In this document: positions 20,152-30,289 of the stretch, piece after piece
Layout: each line of letters starts with the position of its first letter
Position numbering within the stretch: position 1 is the stretch's first letter
From: a virus
Reading direction: 5' to 3' (one strand)
IMG/VR virus record: IMGVR_UViG_3300028025_000090
Length of the DNA: 64,000 nt
Position numbers and translations under genes: made by a program
Notes under the pieces: model-generated
Databases searched by the model: none
Told to the model about the DNA's origin: nothing
What the model saw: the letters and a program-made list of their open reading frames with translations, nothing else

Positions 20152-21587
20152 TATTTTTTACTATTCCCCCAATTTTTCGCTCCTACTTTTCTACATTTAA
20201 CCAATGCTCCAGAGGCATATGCACTAGGCCATACATCATATCGGGATTTTACTTTTTTATAACAAGCATCTTGTTCATCTTGTTCCTCCCCACAATCCTC
20301 ATTATCTTCATCTTCATCTTCGTCATCACCGAAGACTTTTTTACCTATATTTTCTTCCCAATCTTCCAATTTACCATTTTTATTTCTATCGGCTTTTTTG
20401 AAATCGAATTTCTCTCTCAATGTTTCCTCATAGATCATAGCTAATTCTTTGGTGAAATCCCAAGACTTGGATTCACCGACTACTGGTTGTGTTGGTGATG
20501 CTTGTGGTGCTTCTGGATCATAATTAAGTTTCCAGTCAAGATATTCTTGTGCTGTATTAAACACTTGGTTTGATCCATCTGGCTTTAATGCCACCACAGT
20601 CCCAGTAGAACTCACCCCAACTTCCGTAGGAGTCCCACCGCCCCTCACTCGTCTAGTCATCATTGTTACTGGATTTTGTGGTGTTGCGCTTTGAACCCAC
20701 GAATCATTTGGGTTGTTGCTTGTTACCACCTTTCCAACAACATATCCATCATTGGTTAGAGTTTCTATAGCTTGAGATTGTGCCTGTTGTGGTTTAGCCT
20801 GTTGTGCTTGTGCCTGTTGTGCTTGTGCCTGTTGTGCTTGTGCCTGTTGTGGTTTAGCCTGTTGTGCTTGTGCCTGTTGTGGTTGAATAAATTCCAATAC
20901 TTCGGGGTCTTGGTAAGCTCCCTGTGTTTGTTTTGCCCACGTTTGTAGGTTTGTCGTTGCAATTTTCAATGCACTAGCATTTCCAGTTTTTTGAGCATAT
21001 CTGAGTGCAGTAATCAATCTATATTTTTCCGCATCATCAACACCTTCAGTGTATAGACTTTCATAAATCATACCCAATTCATTCACAGATTCCCAAGACT
21101 TGGATTCTCCTGCCAATTTAAGGTTTGTTGGAGTATTCTTACCATTACCTTTATCAGTTACATTGGTAATAAGATTTGGATCAACTTCCAATTTCATAGG
21201 TTTGATAATGACTACATCTTTTTTCTTGAATTTATCAGGAACTAGAACACCATCGCTAATATCAACCATATCAGTGGTTACAGTAACTCTACCATAAGTT
21301 CTTCCACCACCGTGATCAGCGGCGATAGTCAACACCACACAACCTGCTGGTTTGAATTGATTACCCGTAGAAAATCCCGATTGTTTATCACCTACTTGAA
21401 CAACTTTAATATTCAATCCACATTTATCCAATTCATCAACTTCTTTTTGAAGAGTAGATGGCATATGCTTGTAGGTTTCCGTGTTCTTATAACCAGTGCG
21501 AAATTTCACACAGTCGCCTGGTAAAAACCCCCCCGCCTCTCCACGTTGAATCACAGTTTCATAAATTGCGTCAAATTTTTTTCCCAT
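20151..21587 (-). CDS. Modular late protein (candidate internal head polyprotein)
   Basis: Two GESKSW..ELxMIYE linkers, Q/A repeat, C-terminal DACYKKVKSRYDVWPSAYASGALVKCRK module; TAAATA 5 nt upstream. Confidence 0.7.
   Translation of the reverse strand: MGKKFDAIYETVIQRGEAGGFLPGDCVKFRTGYKNTETYKHMPSTLQKEVDELDKCGLNIKVVQVGDKQSGFSTGNQFKPAGCVVLTIAADHGGGRTYGRVTVTTDMVDISDGVLVPDKFKKKDVVIIKPMKLEVDPNLITNVTDKGNGKNTPTNLKLAGESKSWESVNELGMIYESLYTEGVDDAEKYRLITALRYAQKTGNASALKIATTNLQTWAKQTQGAYQDPEVLEFIQPQQAQAQQAKPQQAQAQQAQAQQAQAQQAKPQQAQSQAIETLTNDGYVVGKVVTSNNPNDSWVQSATPQNPVTMMTRRVRGGGTPTEVGVSSTGTVVALKPDGSNQVFNTAQEYLDWKLNYDPEAPQASPTQPVVGESKSWDFTKELAMIYEETLREKFDFKKADRNKNGKLEDWEENIGKKVFGDDEDEDEDNEDCGEEQDEQDACYKKVKSRYDVWPSAYASGALVKCRKVGAKNWGNSKK
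20778..20882. repeat. Seven tandem 15-bp units encoding QQAQA/QQAKP on the minus strand
   Basis: TTGTGCCTGTTGTG(C/G) x5 and TTTAGCCTGTTGTGC x2. Confidence 0.95.
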
Positions 21588-21595
21588 AATATTAT

Positions 21596-21760
21596 TTAGT
21601 CGTTTGTAAGCGATTTATTCATCTCTTCCAATTTTTTCAATCTATTATTTTTCCTAGCTTGAGCCATTTTTATTTTTTGTTCATCTGATATTCCTCTTTT
21701 TTTGGCAAAAATTCTCATTTTTTCTTTAGATTCGTCGGTATGTCTTCTACCCGTCGAAGA
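21596..21760 (-). pseudogene. Truncated homing-endonuclease remnant (NUMOD3 C-terminal fragment)
   Basis: Hand translation SSTGRRHTDESKEKMRIFAKKRGISDEQKIKMAQARKNNRLKKLEEMNKSLTND*; in-frame TGA just upstream; no nuclease domain. Confidence 0.7.
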
Positions 21761-21810
21761 TCATAGAGTATAGTAGAAGACAAATCTTAGTCTTTTTACT
21801 AAATAATAAT

Positions 21811-23337
21811 ATGAATTTCGACGATTTATATACATTGGCATTGGAAGCAAAGGGAACTAAGCCAGGAGAAAGATTTTACAGAGCATCGGAATCCGAAGGA
21901 CCGTCTGGTATTTCTTCTTCACCTATTGGAAAAAGTAATTACAATCCAGAAATATATAAACCAGAAAGAAAAGATCCTGCTGATAAAGGTATGAGTGATC
22001 AAGTATCTATCATTAAATTACTTGGAAAAGCATTTCAATTGTTGAAAAACGATGAAGTGTTTGCGGATCAAATGAGAGGCATCATGAACGGTTTTAAGAA
22101 AAATCGTAAACAAATTTCAGCATATCAAGAAAGTGTTATTAAATACAAACCAAAAACAATTGATAATCTTTGGGGTAGAATTAACCGATTGATCACAATT
22201 GTGAATGATCCCAAAAAACGTCAAGACCCAAGTGTGGCTGAGTTTGAGAAAGAATTAAAAGACTTAAAAGCTCAAAAAGATGAAGAACAAGGAGAATTGG
22301 ATAATGTCTTTTCACAAATTGAAAACGTATCATTGGAAAATGAAGAGTTGAGTGATAGTTATTTGGAACAAATGCTTTATGTTATCAGAGATACTGCGAA
22401 GCGTCTTTACAAAAAACAATCAGATGCACTTATGATCGATGGTCAAGAACCTCAATCTCGAATCATCCCTCTTCATGAATTAGATTATGGAATGCTCGAA
22501 AAAGAAGTTGAAAAAAATTCTCAAGCGCAAATGCAATTATTGGAAATGTTGTTATCATCTGATGATTCAAATCCTTTGAAATTGTTTTTAAAATTACAAC
22601 AAGAAAGGTATGAGGATTCTAAGCAAAATTTCTTCAATACCAGCAGAGGTGATAACTATAGCATTGCAATTGAGCAATTATATAAAAATTTACCACTGTT
22701 TTCTTTAGTAAATTATTTCTCCCATATTATTCTTAAATCACCTGTTATTACACTGAATGTGAAACAGAAAAAACGTGCAGATGTTCTCACCAAAGGAGAT
22801 AGCATGATGGATCGTATGAGTAAAATTAAAAACGAGAGAGAATGGGAAGAACTTCGACCTGACTTGATCACATATCTTAAAAAACAAAAAATTGATAAAA
22901 TTAAAAAAGATATGCTTATCAACATTGCAAAAGGACCGTTCCAAGCAATAAGAGGTAGAGCTAATGCTGCTATTAAAATAATTTCCTCATTAAAAATGGA
23001 AAACATTACCGAATCTTTCGATGAATTGGCATCGAGATATGCATCTTCTTTTGATTTTGATATGAACGATTTCATGATCGATTTGCAAGAAGTTCATTCA
23101 TTGCTTGAAAGCAAATGCACTGGTCCGACAAAAAAAGCATCTAGTGATAGAAAAGGTAAAAAATGGACTAAATGTGCTAGACAACCAGATGGTTCATATA
23201 AAAGAATTCATTGGGGGCAAGCTGGTGTAAGAGTTGGTAAAAACAATCCGAAGCGTAGGAAATCCTTCCGTGCAAGGCACAAATGCTCTTCAGCGAAACC
23301 AGGTTCTCCCAAAGCAGCGGCTTGCGGCGATTGGTAA
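21811..23337 (+). CDS. Large late protein with C-terminal basic Cys module (candidate internal head protein)
   Basis: MNFDDLYTLALE N-terminus; C-terminal KCTGPTKK..KKW..IHWGQAG..NPKRRKSFRARHKC. Confidence 0.65.
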   Translation: MNFDDLYTLALEAKGTKPGERFYRASESEGPSGISSSPIGKSNYNPEIYKPERKDPADKGMSDQVSIIKLLGKAFQLLKNDEVFADQMRGIMNGFKKNRKQISAYQESVIKYKPKTIDNLWGRINRLITIVNDPKKRQDPSVAEFEKELKDLKAQKDEEQGELDNVFSQIENVSLENEELSDSYLEQMLYVIRDTAKRLYKKQSDALMIDGQEPQSRIIPLHELDYGMLEKEVEKNSQAQMQLLEMLLSSDDSNPLKLFLKLQQERYEDSKQNFFNTSRGDNYSIAIEQLYKNLPLFSLVNYFSHIILKSPVITLNVKQKKRADVLTKGDSMMDRMSKIKNEREWEELRPDLITYLKKQKIDKIKKDMLINIAKGPFQAIRGRANAAIKIISSLKMENITESFDELASRYASSFDFDMNDFMIDLQEVHSLLESKCTGPTKKASSDRKGKKWTKCARQPDGSYKRIHWGQAGVRVGKNNPKRRKSFRARHKCSSAKPGSPKAAACGDW

Positions 23338-23357
23338 TCATATAGTTAAATAATTAG

Positions 23358-25319
23358 GTGAGTGTTAATATCGTTCCCTTATTAGAAGAAGTACTTGGTC
23401 TGTTACAAACGATCAATGAGACAAGGGGTGTACCTGAAGGGGAGAATATATCTGACAAGAATGTTCTCCAGACGGGAAATTCCAATCCAAATAAAAAAGT
23501 CAAAAGCTCTCTTTCTAATGAAGAACAGAAGAAGACTAAAGAGGTCGCATCTATTTTCGCAAAGACATTTTTTGAAATGCAGCGAAAATTTCAGGGTGAT
23601 AAAGCACTTAAAACATCTGTTCAAAAAATCATACCAAATGCTAAGAAATTAGAAACTGGTGGTCGTAAAAGCGATTTGGAAATGCCCAAGAAAGGGTCAA
23701 TGCTTGGTGGTATTTTGATGCTATTAGGTGGTGCGGGTGCTTTGATAATGGGTCTTTTAACTGACGGTCCGTTTAAAGGTGCTTTGAAAATACTATCTAA
23801 AATTGGTATATCAGGTGGTATCAAGATGCTCATGACAGCAGCTAAAGGAATGTTAGGAACATTCTCTAAATTTGTTACAGCACCTTTCAAATTCGCTGGT
23901 AAATTGATGGGTAAAGGATTCATGGGTAGAATCGTTGGTGCTTTGAAACCATTAGCTAAAATACTTAAAAAAATTCCCTTGATTGGCACTATCATATCCA
24001 TAGGTTTTGCTATTTCTCGCTTCATGGATGGCGATACAGTGGGGGGTGTTATCGACGTTCTCAGTGCTTTGACTGGATTATTAAATTTAATTCCAGGTGG
24101 CTCGATTATTGCCATACCACTTTCCATAGGTTTGGATATTTTGAATGCTTGGTTGGATGCCAAGACAGCAGGAGCAAAAGATAAAAATTCTGCTAAATTG
24201 GACATTTTAGGAGACATGGCAAAAAGCATTGGCAACTGGATTTGGGACAATGCTTTGTGGTTGCCAGTGATTGGTGGCTTCAAGCGTTGGGGTATGGCTT
24301 ACGATGCTTTCAAAGGTGGTAATATTATGGAAGGTCTGAAACAATTTGGACTTGGTATACTATCATTTGCAGGTATGGGACCGATCATTATGGGTATTGA
24401 AACTCTGATGGGCTTCTTCGGTGATAAAGAAGAGAAAAAAGATTTAAAACCAAACACTTCTTGGTTCGGTAGAATTAAAGAATGGGTTAAGAATAAATTG
24501 AAAAAATTACCTTCTTTCCTGAAAAAACCTCTACAATGGTTTGGAATCATAGATGACGACTCATCGGAATCAGAACCAAACATGGAATCATCGAAAAAAA
24601 TCGATTATGAGCAAAAAATAGTTGGATGGTTATCTGGTCTTTGGGGAAAAATAACACCTATGTTAGAAAACATTGGTAAATGGTTCTCTGGATTATGGGA
24701 AAAAATATCTACTTGGGCATCTGGATTGTGGGAAAAAATGACACCATTTTTTGAAGTTATTGCTAAATGGTTCTCTGATATTTGGGGAAAGGTAAAAGAA
24801 TTTTTAGGCAGTGATTTCATGAATGGTATTATTGATAGTGTTAAAAATATTGCAAGTTCAGTTATGAGTATTGTTGATACCATATTCCGCACAATAAAAT
24901 CTATCGTAGAAGCTGCTAAAGCTACGATTGGTCGTTTCGGCAAGATGTTTGGAGCTGGTGATAACAAAGAAGTAGAAGAAAATGCCAAAAAAATGGGATG
25001 GAATTCTGTCGAAGAGTATGAAAAATCTGGTTGGAAAGAAAACCCTGATAAAAAGAAAGTGGGAGTTATTGATGAGAAACGTAAAAAACACGTAGACGAT
25101 TTAGTATTGATTGGTAGAGAGCAAATAGCAATTCTTTCTGATATCAGAAATATTGGTATGCAAACATATAAAGTTCTTGCTGGTAGTAGTGGTGGAGGCT
25201 CTGCGAGTCCAATAATTATTCCCAATTCTGGTGGTGGTTCTAAAAGTAAACCATCCTCTCAAGTATCTTTAAATACAAGTAGAGGTGATTATGGTAGTTC
25301 TCCATATGCATTCGCGTAA
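23358..25319 (+). CDS. Tape measure protein (gp29-like role)
   Basis: Gly/Ala-rich hydrophobic helices, about 11-aa Trp-periodic repeats (WLSGLWGKITP, WFSGLWEKIST, WASGLWEKMTP); precedes baseplate genes. Confidence 0.7.
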   Translation: MSVNIVPLLEEVLGLLQTINETRGVPEGENISDKNVLQTGNSNPNKKVKSSLSNEEQKKTKEVASIFAKTFFEMQRKFQGDKALKTSVQKIIPNAKKLETGGRKSDLEMPKKGSMLGGILMLLGGAGALIMGLLTDGPFKGALKILSKIGISGGIKMLMTAAKGMLGTFSKFVTAPFKFAGKLMGKGFMGRIVGALKPLAKILKKIPLIGTIISIGFAISRFMDGDTVGGVIDVLSALTGLLNLIPGGSIIAIPLSIGLDILNAWLDAKTAGAKDKNSAKLDILGDMAKSIGNWIWDNALWLPVIGGFKRWGMAYDAFKGGNIMEGLKQFGLGILSFAGMGPIIMGIETLMGFFGDKEEKKDLKPNTSWFGRIKEWVKNKLKKLPSFLKKPLQWFGIIDDDSSESEPNMESSKKIDYEQKIVGWLSGLWGKITPMLENIGKWFSGLWEKISTWASGLWEKMTPFFEVIAKWFSDIWGKVKEFLGSDFMNGIIDSVKNIASSVMSIVDTIFRTIKSIVEAAKATIGRFGKMFGAGDNKEVEENAKKMGWNSVEEYEKSGWKENPDKKKVGVIDEKRKKHVDDLVLIGREQIAILSDIRNIGMQTYKVLAGSSGGGSASPIIIPNSGGGSKSKPSSQVSLNTSRGDYGSSPYAFA

Positions 25320-25332
25320 TTAAATAATATCA

Positions 25333-26181
25333 ATGGCTACGATCAATGTACATAAAGAATACGACTGGACTTCTGTTCCCAGAAATAGTCCATATCGAAA
25401 TGTTGCGCCTTATGTGGTATTGAGATCTTATAAAATAAAATCGAGTGCCGCTTTGAATAGGTTACAGAGTTATATAAATTTGGCTACAGCTAAAAGTGCT
25501 GATGAATTTTATGAAGGATTGTATCAAAACGTTGAAAAGGCTGATGATTTTTTTATACCATACTTTGGTGATAGTGTTAGATCGTTCTCAAATGAATTTG
25601 GTGATACTTTTCAAAACGGAGCCTTAGCGCAAGTTGACAGCTTACTACAAACTGGTTCTAATGAGATATTAGCACCTTTGCAAGAACTCAATATAGGGGG
25701 CAATGTTAAACAATTTTTTCAAAATGCAAAAGATGCTATAACAAAAGGTTCAACAGCGACTGCTATGGAGAAAATTAAAGGACTTGGTAAAGGAATGTCT
25801 ACCGCACCTGGCTCTTACATTGAAACACCTAAATTATATCAATATGCACAGAACGATGGTGCATTGGAAATAACATTCCCATTATTCAACACGATAAATG
25901 GAGATGCTGTTCAGAAAAATTATGATTTGATTGATAAATTAACAAGAATTAATAGACCAAAAAGGCTAACATCCATTACTATGGAACCTCCTCATATTTA
26001 CCAAGTAAAATTAAAGGGTTTGAGATACATGAGATGGGCTTATTGTAGCAATTTTTCTGTTAGTATGATCGGTGCGAGAAGACTCGTAAATGGTGCTATC
26101 ACACCTGATGGCTATCAAATTACAATGTCACTCACTTCATTGACAACCGAAGTTAGCAACTTCATGGACAAAGTTAAATGA
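25333..26181 (+). CDS. Baseplate tail-tube cap-like protein (gp48-like)
   Basis: Position after tape measure; ETPKLYQY..LEITFPLFN..EPPHIYQV..AYCSNFSV..QITMSLTSL pattern. Confidence 0.45.
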   Translation: MATINVHKEYDWTSVPRNSPYRNVAPYVVLRSYKIKSSAALNRLQSYINLATAKSADEFYEGLYQNVEKADDFFIPYFGDSVRSFSNEFGDTFQNGALAQVDSLLQTGSNEILAPLQELNIGGNVKQFFQNAKDAITKGSTATAMEKIKGLGKGMSTAPGSYIETPKLYQYAQNDGALEITFPLFNTINGDAVQKNYDLIDKLTRINRPKRLTSITMEPPHIYQVKLKGLRYMRWAYCSNFSVSMIGARRLVNGAITPDGYQITMSLTSLTTEVSNFMDKVK

Positions 26182-26182
26182 T

Positions 26183-26584
26183 ATGGAAGAAAAACGAGGA
26201 GATTACCAAAATAACATAGAGTCCCTTTCCACGCTGAATATTGGGGATTATGAGCGTATTTTTAGAGTATATACAGAAAAGGTCGATGATAAAGATTTCT
26301 ATTTCTATAATATTTTAAATAAAATTGATTTAGTAGATTTAGATCCAGAATTCGTGGAATTTTATGATGTGACAACCAGAATGCCCATGACGACTTTATC
26401 TTATAAAATTTACGGTGATATTAAATCATGGTGGATTTTGTATCTAATGAATAAAGACCAAATCCAAAACCCTCCATTTTGGGTTGATGGTGGTATAAGA
26501 TTGAAATATATCAAATTGGAATACAGAGTATTGCTTTATAACGATATTACAAAAAATACTATATTCAATGGGAGGCATTTCTAA
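26183..26584 (+). CDS. gp53: Baseplate wedge protein, gp53-like (LysM-like)
   Basis: YDVTTRMPMTTLSYKIYGDIKSWWILYLMN. Confidence 0.65.
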   Translation: MEEKRGDYQNNIESLSTLNIGDYERIFRVYTEKVDDKDFYFYNILNKIDLVDLDPEFVEFYDVTTRMPMTTLSYKIYGDIKSWWILYLMNKDQIQNPPFWVDGGIRLKYIKLEYRVLLYNDITKNTIFNGRHF

Positions 26585-27894
26585 TGGCTGAAGTATGTAA
26601 GATAAATGATGTAGAATTTGAATACGAATACACGTTTAAAAATTCTGACGGAGATGAAAATAAATATGCTAGTTCTGCTGTCAAAGGTTTAACTTTGGTA
26701 GATAGTATTTTCAATCCTTTTTTAAGGGGAACGATTGCTGTCGCAAACCCTTATGATTTATTCGAAGAGAAATATCTTTTAAGAGGTGATGGAAGAGATG
26801 AAGTTAAAATTTTCTTAAAACCCAAAGATGAGGAAGAAAAAATAGAAGAAGAATTTATCTTATTACAAGAAGATAACAGTGGAGATGTTGAAGTTCGTTC
26901 GGAAAATATTAAAAAATTTAAGATAATCCATAAAGATATGTTACCGTTTATGGACACCATTCCATACAACAAATCGTTCAGTGGTAAAATAGGTGATATC
27001 TTGAAAGACATTTTTATTGAATTATTGGGAGAAGATAAAATCGATAAAGAAAATTGGGAAAGCGGAGATTTTGATTTTTCTTACATACCACCCATGTCTT
27101 TCAGATACATTGATTTGGTCTATCATCTACTAAAATATTTTTATGGTAAAGATGGAGAACTTTATACCAAAGCACTCATAATGAAAAATAAAAAAATTGG
27201 GAAATATCAAATGATGTATCTCACCAAGATTTTTTCAGAAAATAAAAAAAATACGACAGATGCTTTTACTACTGCTGATTTGTCAGATAAAAGCGTTGCT
27301 GAAAATGAAAACAACCCACCACCTGATGCAAAAGTTAGTAAATTTTCCAGTGGTTTGAAAAATTTCGCATACAATACACCTCTGTATGAATGGAATAATG
27401 ATTTCTTTATCAATTCAGTTGTTCATGGGTATGACAAATTTTTAGGTGTCCAAAAAATGAAAATTTTAAAATTGGAAGATATTGAGAAAAAATGGAAGAC
27501 CAAATTTGTTGATGTTTTCAAAGCAATTGGTGGTAGTCCCAAACCATTTGTCGTGAGAAATAAAACCACGAAACAAAAATTTAGACATTATAGAACGCCA
27601 TATGAAGTTGAAGATACTGTGAAAATGGTGGAAGCTGAAATGTGTAATTTATTAACATTTTATAATTTGAATTGTATTTTCAGTAACGTAGGATTCACTG
27701 GAAGAGAAGCAGGTAAATTTTTGGATATTGTTAAAATTGGAGAAGTGAAACAAAAAGGTGATACGAAAATGTATGGTAGGTGGTTTGTAACAGAAGTGCG
27801 CCATATTTTTTCGAGTGATACCTATACTAATGAATTCAAATGCTGTAAGACCTACGTTGGTAGTAGTAGCAAAATAAAAAATGACGTTGAATGA
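26584..27894 (+). CDS. Baseplate hub protein, gp27/GpD-like
   Basis: TLVDSIFNPFLRGTI..LLRGDGRDEVKI N-terminus; GREAGKFLDI..MYGRWFVTEVRHIF C-terminus. Confidence 0.55.
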   Translation: MAEVCKINDVEFEYEYTFKNSDGDENKYASSAVKGLTLVDSIFNPFLRGTIAVANPYDLFEEKYLLRGDGRDEVKIFLKPKDEEEKIEEEFILLQEDNSGDVEVRSENIKKFKIIHKDMLPFMDTIPYNKSFSGKIGDILKDIFIELLGEDKIDKENWESGDFDFSYIPPMSFRYIDLVYHLLKYFYGKDGELYTKALIMKNKKIGKYQMMYLTKIFSENKKNTTDAFTTADLSDKSVAENENNPPPDAKVSKFSSGLKNFAYNTPLYEWNNDFFINSVVHGYDKFLGVQKMKILKLEDIEKKWKTKFVDVFKAIGGSPKPFVVRNKTTKQKFRHYRTPYEVEDTVKMVEAEMCNLLTFYNLNCIFSNVGFTGREAGKFLDIVKIGEVKQKGDTKMYGRWFVTEVRHIFSSDTYTNEFKCCKTYVGSSSKIKNDVE

Positions 27895-28802
27895 GAAATA
27901 AAATTGAAATACTCCGTAGCATTCTATTCACTAAAGAAGATTTGGTGAATTATAAAAATATTGATGACCAATTTTCCAAAGTGGAAATTGAGTTCATGAT
28001 AGAATTTAAAAAGATTTACGAATTGGGACTCAACCAATTGGAAAAATTTATTAATAAATTGGATGAAGAAGGAAAAGATTTGGAACCATGGGACATTGCC
28101 TATTACGTCAAGCAATTATCGAATGGTCCGTTATCATCTTATGCTAAAGAATTGGCAAAGGATAAAAAATATTTTACCGCAATTCCTGATATACTTGGAA
28201 ATGTTGGCAATAAAGAAATAACTAGACATAACACCACCTTGTTCGAAGATGGTGATTACCCATTGGAAATACCAGTGGACATTTACAATAAGTCTCCAAA
28301 ATTCATACAGAACATGATAGTATCTGCTAATAAAGAAGTAGAGAAAATGTTTCGTTCTTCTTTGAACGCTAGTGTGGTGAATGACAACACCTTACCAATT
28401 GTTGATAAAGCACCGCAGCAAAGATATTCACTGGAGAAAACAGGAGAATGGCAACAAAAATCTCATGGCACAATCAATGTCAAGGACTCTTACTATCGTG
28501 TGAAGATGTCAGACATCAGAAGTCAAATTTTCGATAAGGTTAAAGAAGTTATTGGAGAAGAGCATTTCCGAATCTTTAGAGATAAAAAAGATTACTCCCC
28601 ATTCGATTCAGAAAAGAATAATGCAACATCTTCAAATTATGTATTTGAGAAAGAATTGAAAGAAGGAGACAAGGATGAAATCTTTGAAGAAGATATCTTC
28701 GGTGATGTTTTTGATAAGAGAGACACTGTTCTCAAAATACAGAAACCAGACAAGAACGAAGAATACAAACTCAATACTGTCGATGGACAGTTGGGTAATT
28801 AA
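27891..28802 (+). CDS. Hypothetical protein
   Basis: 303-aa ORF overlapping the previous gene by 4 nt; no motif recognised. Confidence 0.65.
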   Translation: MRNKIEILRSILFTKEDLVNYKNIDDQFSKVEIEFMIEFKKIYELGLNQLEKFINKLDEEGKDLEPWDIAYYVKQLSNGPLSSYAKELAKDKKYFTAIPDILGNVGNKEITRHNTTLFEDGDYPLEIPVDIYNKSPKFIQNMIVSANKEVEKMFRSSLNASVVNDNTLPIVDKAPQQRYSLEKTGEWQQKSHGTINVKDSYYRVKMSDIRSQIFDKVKEVIGEEHFRIFRDKKDYSPFDSEKNNATSSNYVFEKELKEGDKDEIFEEDIFGDVFDKRDTVLKIQKPDKNEEYKLNTVDGQLGN

Positions 28803-29284
28803 ACATCCACTACTGGTGATTCTTCTTTTTGATTCAACAATTTGATGATATCGTTTCTAGTGAAAGTTAATTTTGGAGTATTACTCTCCTCTTCATCTCG
28901 AATGATTTTTGCTTGAATATTCATTTGAGTGATTTCTTTCTGTGCTTTGATTTTATCCTCCGATATTTTTAATTTGGAAAGAGCATCAATCGCAGATGTG
29001 GTAGCTTTCACCAATTCTGATACAGACTCAATCAACTTGGAATCTGCACCAGCAAGAACTTCCAATTTAAGATTCTCAACCATTTCCAAAGAATGATTCA
29101 CGACTTTACCAGCATTGGTAATAACAAATTCTTCCAAATCTTCTTTCTTGAGATCTGGTTTATTTTTTGGTAATTGATTAACAATTTTTGATTGATTTTT
29201 GATTTGTGAAATAATATCATCCACTTCTGCATTCAAAAAATCATCATCTTCATCGTGATCCATATTGATATTTACTCTTGACAT
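28799..29284 (-). CDS. gp16: Terminase small subunit, T4 gp16-like
   Basis: EFVITNAGKVVNHSLEMVENL..ADSKLIESVSELVKATTSAIDALSKL..FTRNDIIKLL follows the gp16 helical pattern. Confidence 0.55.
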   Translation of the reverse strand: MSRVNINMDHDEDDDFLNAEVDDIISQIKNQSKIVNQLPKNKPDLKKEDLEEFVITNAGKVVNHSLEMVENLKLEVLAGADSKLIESVSELVKATTSAIDALSKLKISEDKIKAQKEITQMNIQAKIIRDEEESNTPKLTFTRNDIIKLLNQKEESPVVDV

Positions 29285-29314
29285 TGGTTAATTCAACGCT
29301 AAAGTAAGGGAAAT

Positions 29315-30289
29315 ATGATTGATTTAACAAATTGTAAAGTGTTGGTTACTGGTGGGTGTGGATTCATTGGGAGTAATTTCATTGAAATGGTGTTGAAAAA
29401 ATACTCTTATTGTAAAGTCATAAATATTGACAAGCGTGGTATTGGTTCAAGGTCTTTGATAGACGAATCTTATAATTGGATTGGAACACAGCGAAGAAAT
29501 CTATATTATGAATATATGGAAAACGTGATGGATTTAGATTCATCTTTGAGTCGAACTAAACAATGGAAATTCGATTACGTCTTCCATTTCGCTGCTGAAT
29601 CCCATGTTGATCGCAGTATTAATTCTCCCAAAGCATTTATTGAAAATAATGTGATGGGGATGGTATCTCTATTGGAGTGGGTGCGAAATCATCAACCTCA
29701 AGCAAAAGTTATTAATATCTCTACGGACGAAGTGTTTGGTCATTTGAACGTGAATGATCCTGCTTTCACTGAAGAATCACCATTCAATCCAAGAAGTCCT
29801 TATGCTGCATCCAAAGCATCTGCTGATCTGATTGCTAACTCTTACGTGACTACCTATGGTCTTGATATCACCACGACACACTGCTGTAACAATTTCGGTA
29901 AGCACCAAGCAGATGAGAAATTTCTCCCCACTGTAATTCGCTCTATCGTAAGAGGTGAACCAATTCCTGTCTATGGAACAGGAGAGAACATCCGTGAGTG
30001 GATTCATGTTGAAGATCACAACAAATGGTTGTTGGAAATCGCTAGTAATCCATACTGTTCTACCAACATTGGTTCGGGAATTGAAAAAACAAACCTTGAC
30101 ATGATCAAAGATATTGGTAGTGTATTGGGAGTGACACCTAATATTAAATTTGTCGAAGATAGAAAGGGGCATGACTTCCGTTATGCTATTGAATCTCATA
30201 TTCCTTTTGAATTACGGAATCATGACGAAGCTCTCAAAGAGACTGTGGAATTTTATAAAAATAAATATGAAAACGAAAGAACTCATTAA
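29315..30289 (+). CDS. rmlB: dTDP-glucose 4,6-dehydratase
   Basis: VTGGCGFIGSN, HFAAESHVDRSI, ISTDEVFG, PRSPYAASKAS, CCNNFG, GENIREWIHVED, DRKGHDFRYAI; TTGACA at 29278. Confidence 0.92.
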   Translation: MIDLTNCKVLVTGGCGFIGSNFIEMVLKKYSYCKVINIDKRGIGSRSLIDESYNWIGTQRRNLYYEYMENVMDLDSSLSRTKQWKFDYVFHFAAESHVDRSINSPKAFIENNVMGMVSLLEWVRNHQPQAKVINISTDEVFGHLNVNDPAFTEESPFNPRSPYAASKASADLIANSYVTTYGLDITTTHCCNNFGKHQADEKFLPTVIRSIVRGEPIPVYGTGENIREWIHVEDHNKWLLEIASNPYCSTNIGSGIEKTNLDMIKDIGSVLGVTPNIKFVEDRKGHDFRYAIESHIPFELRNHDEALKETVEFYKNKYENERTH

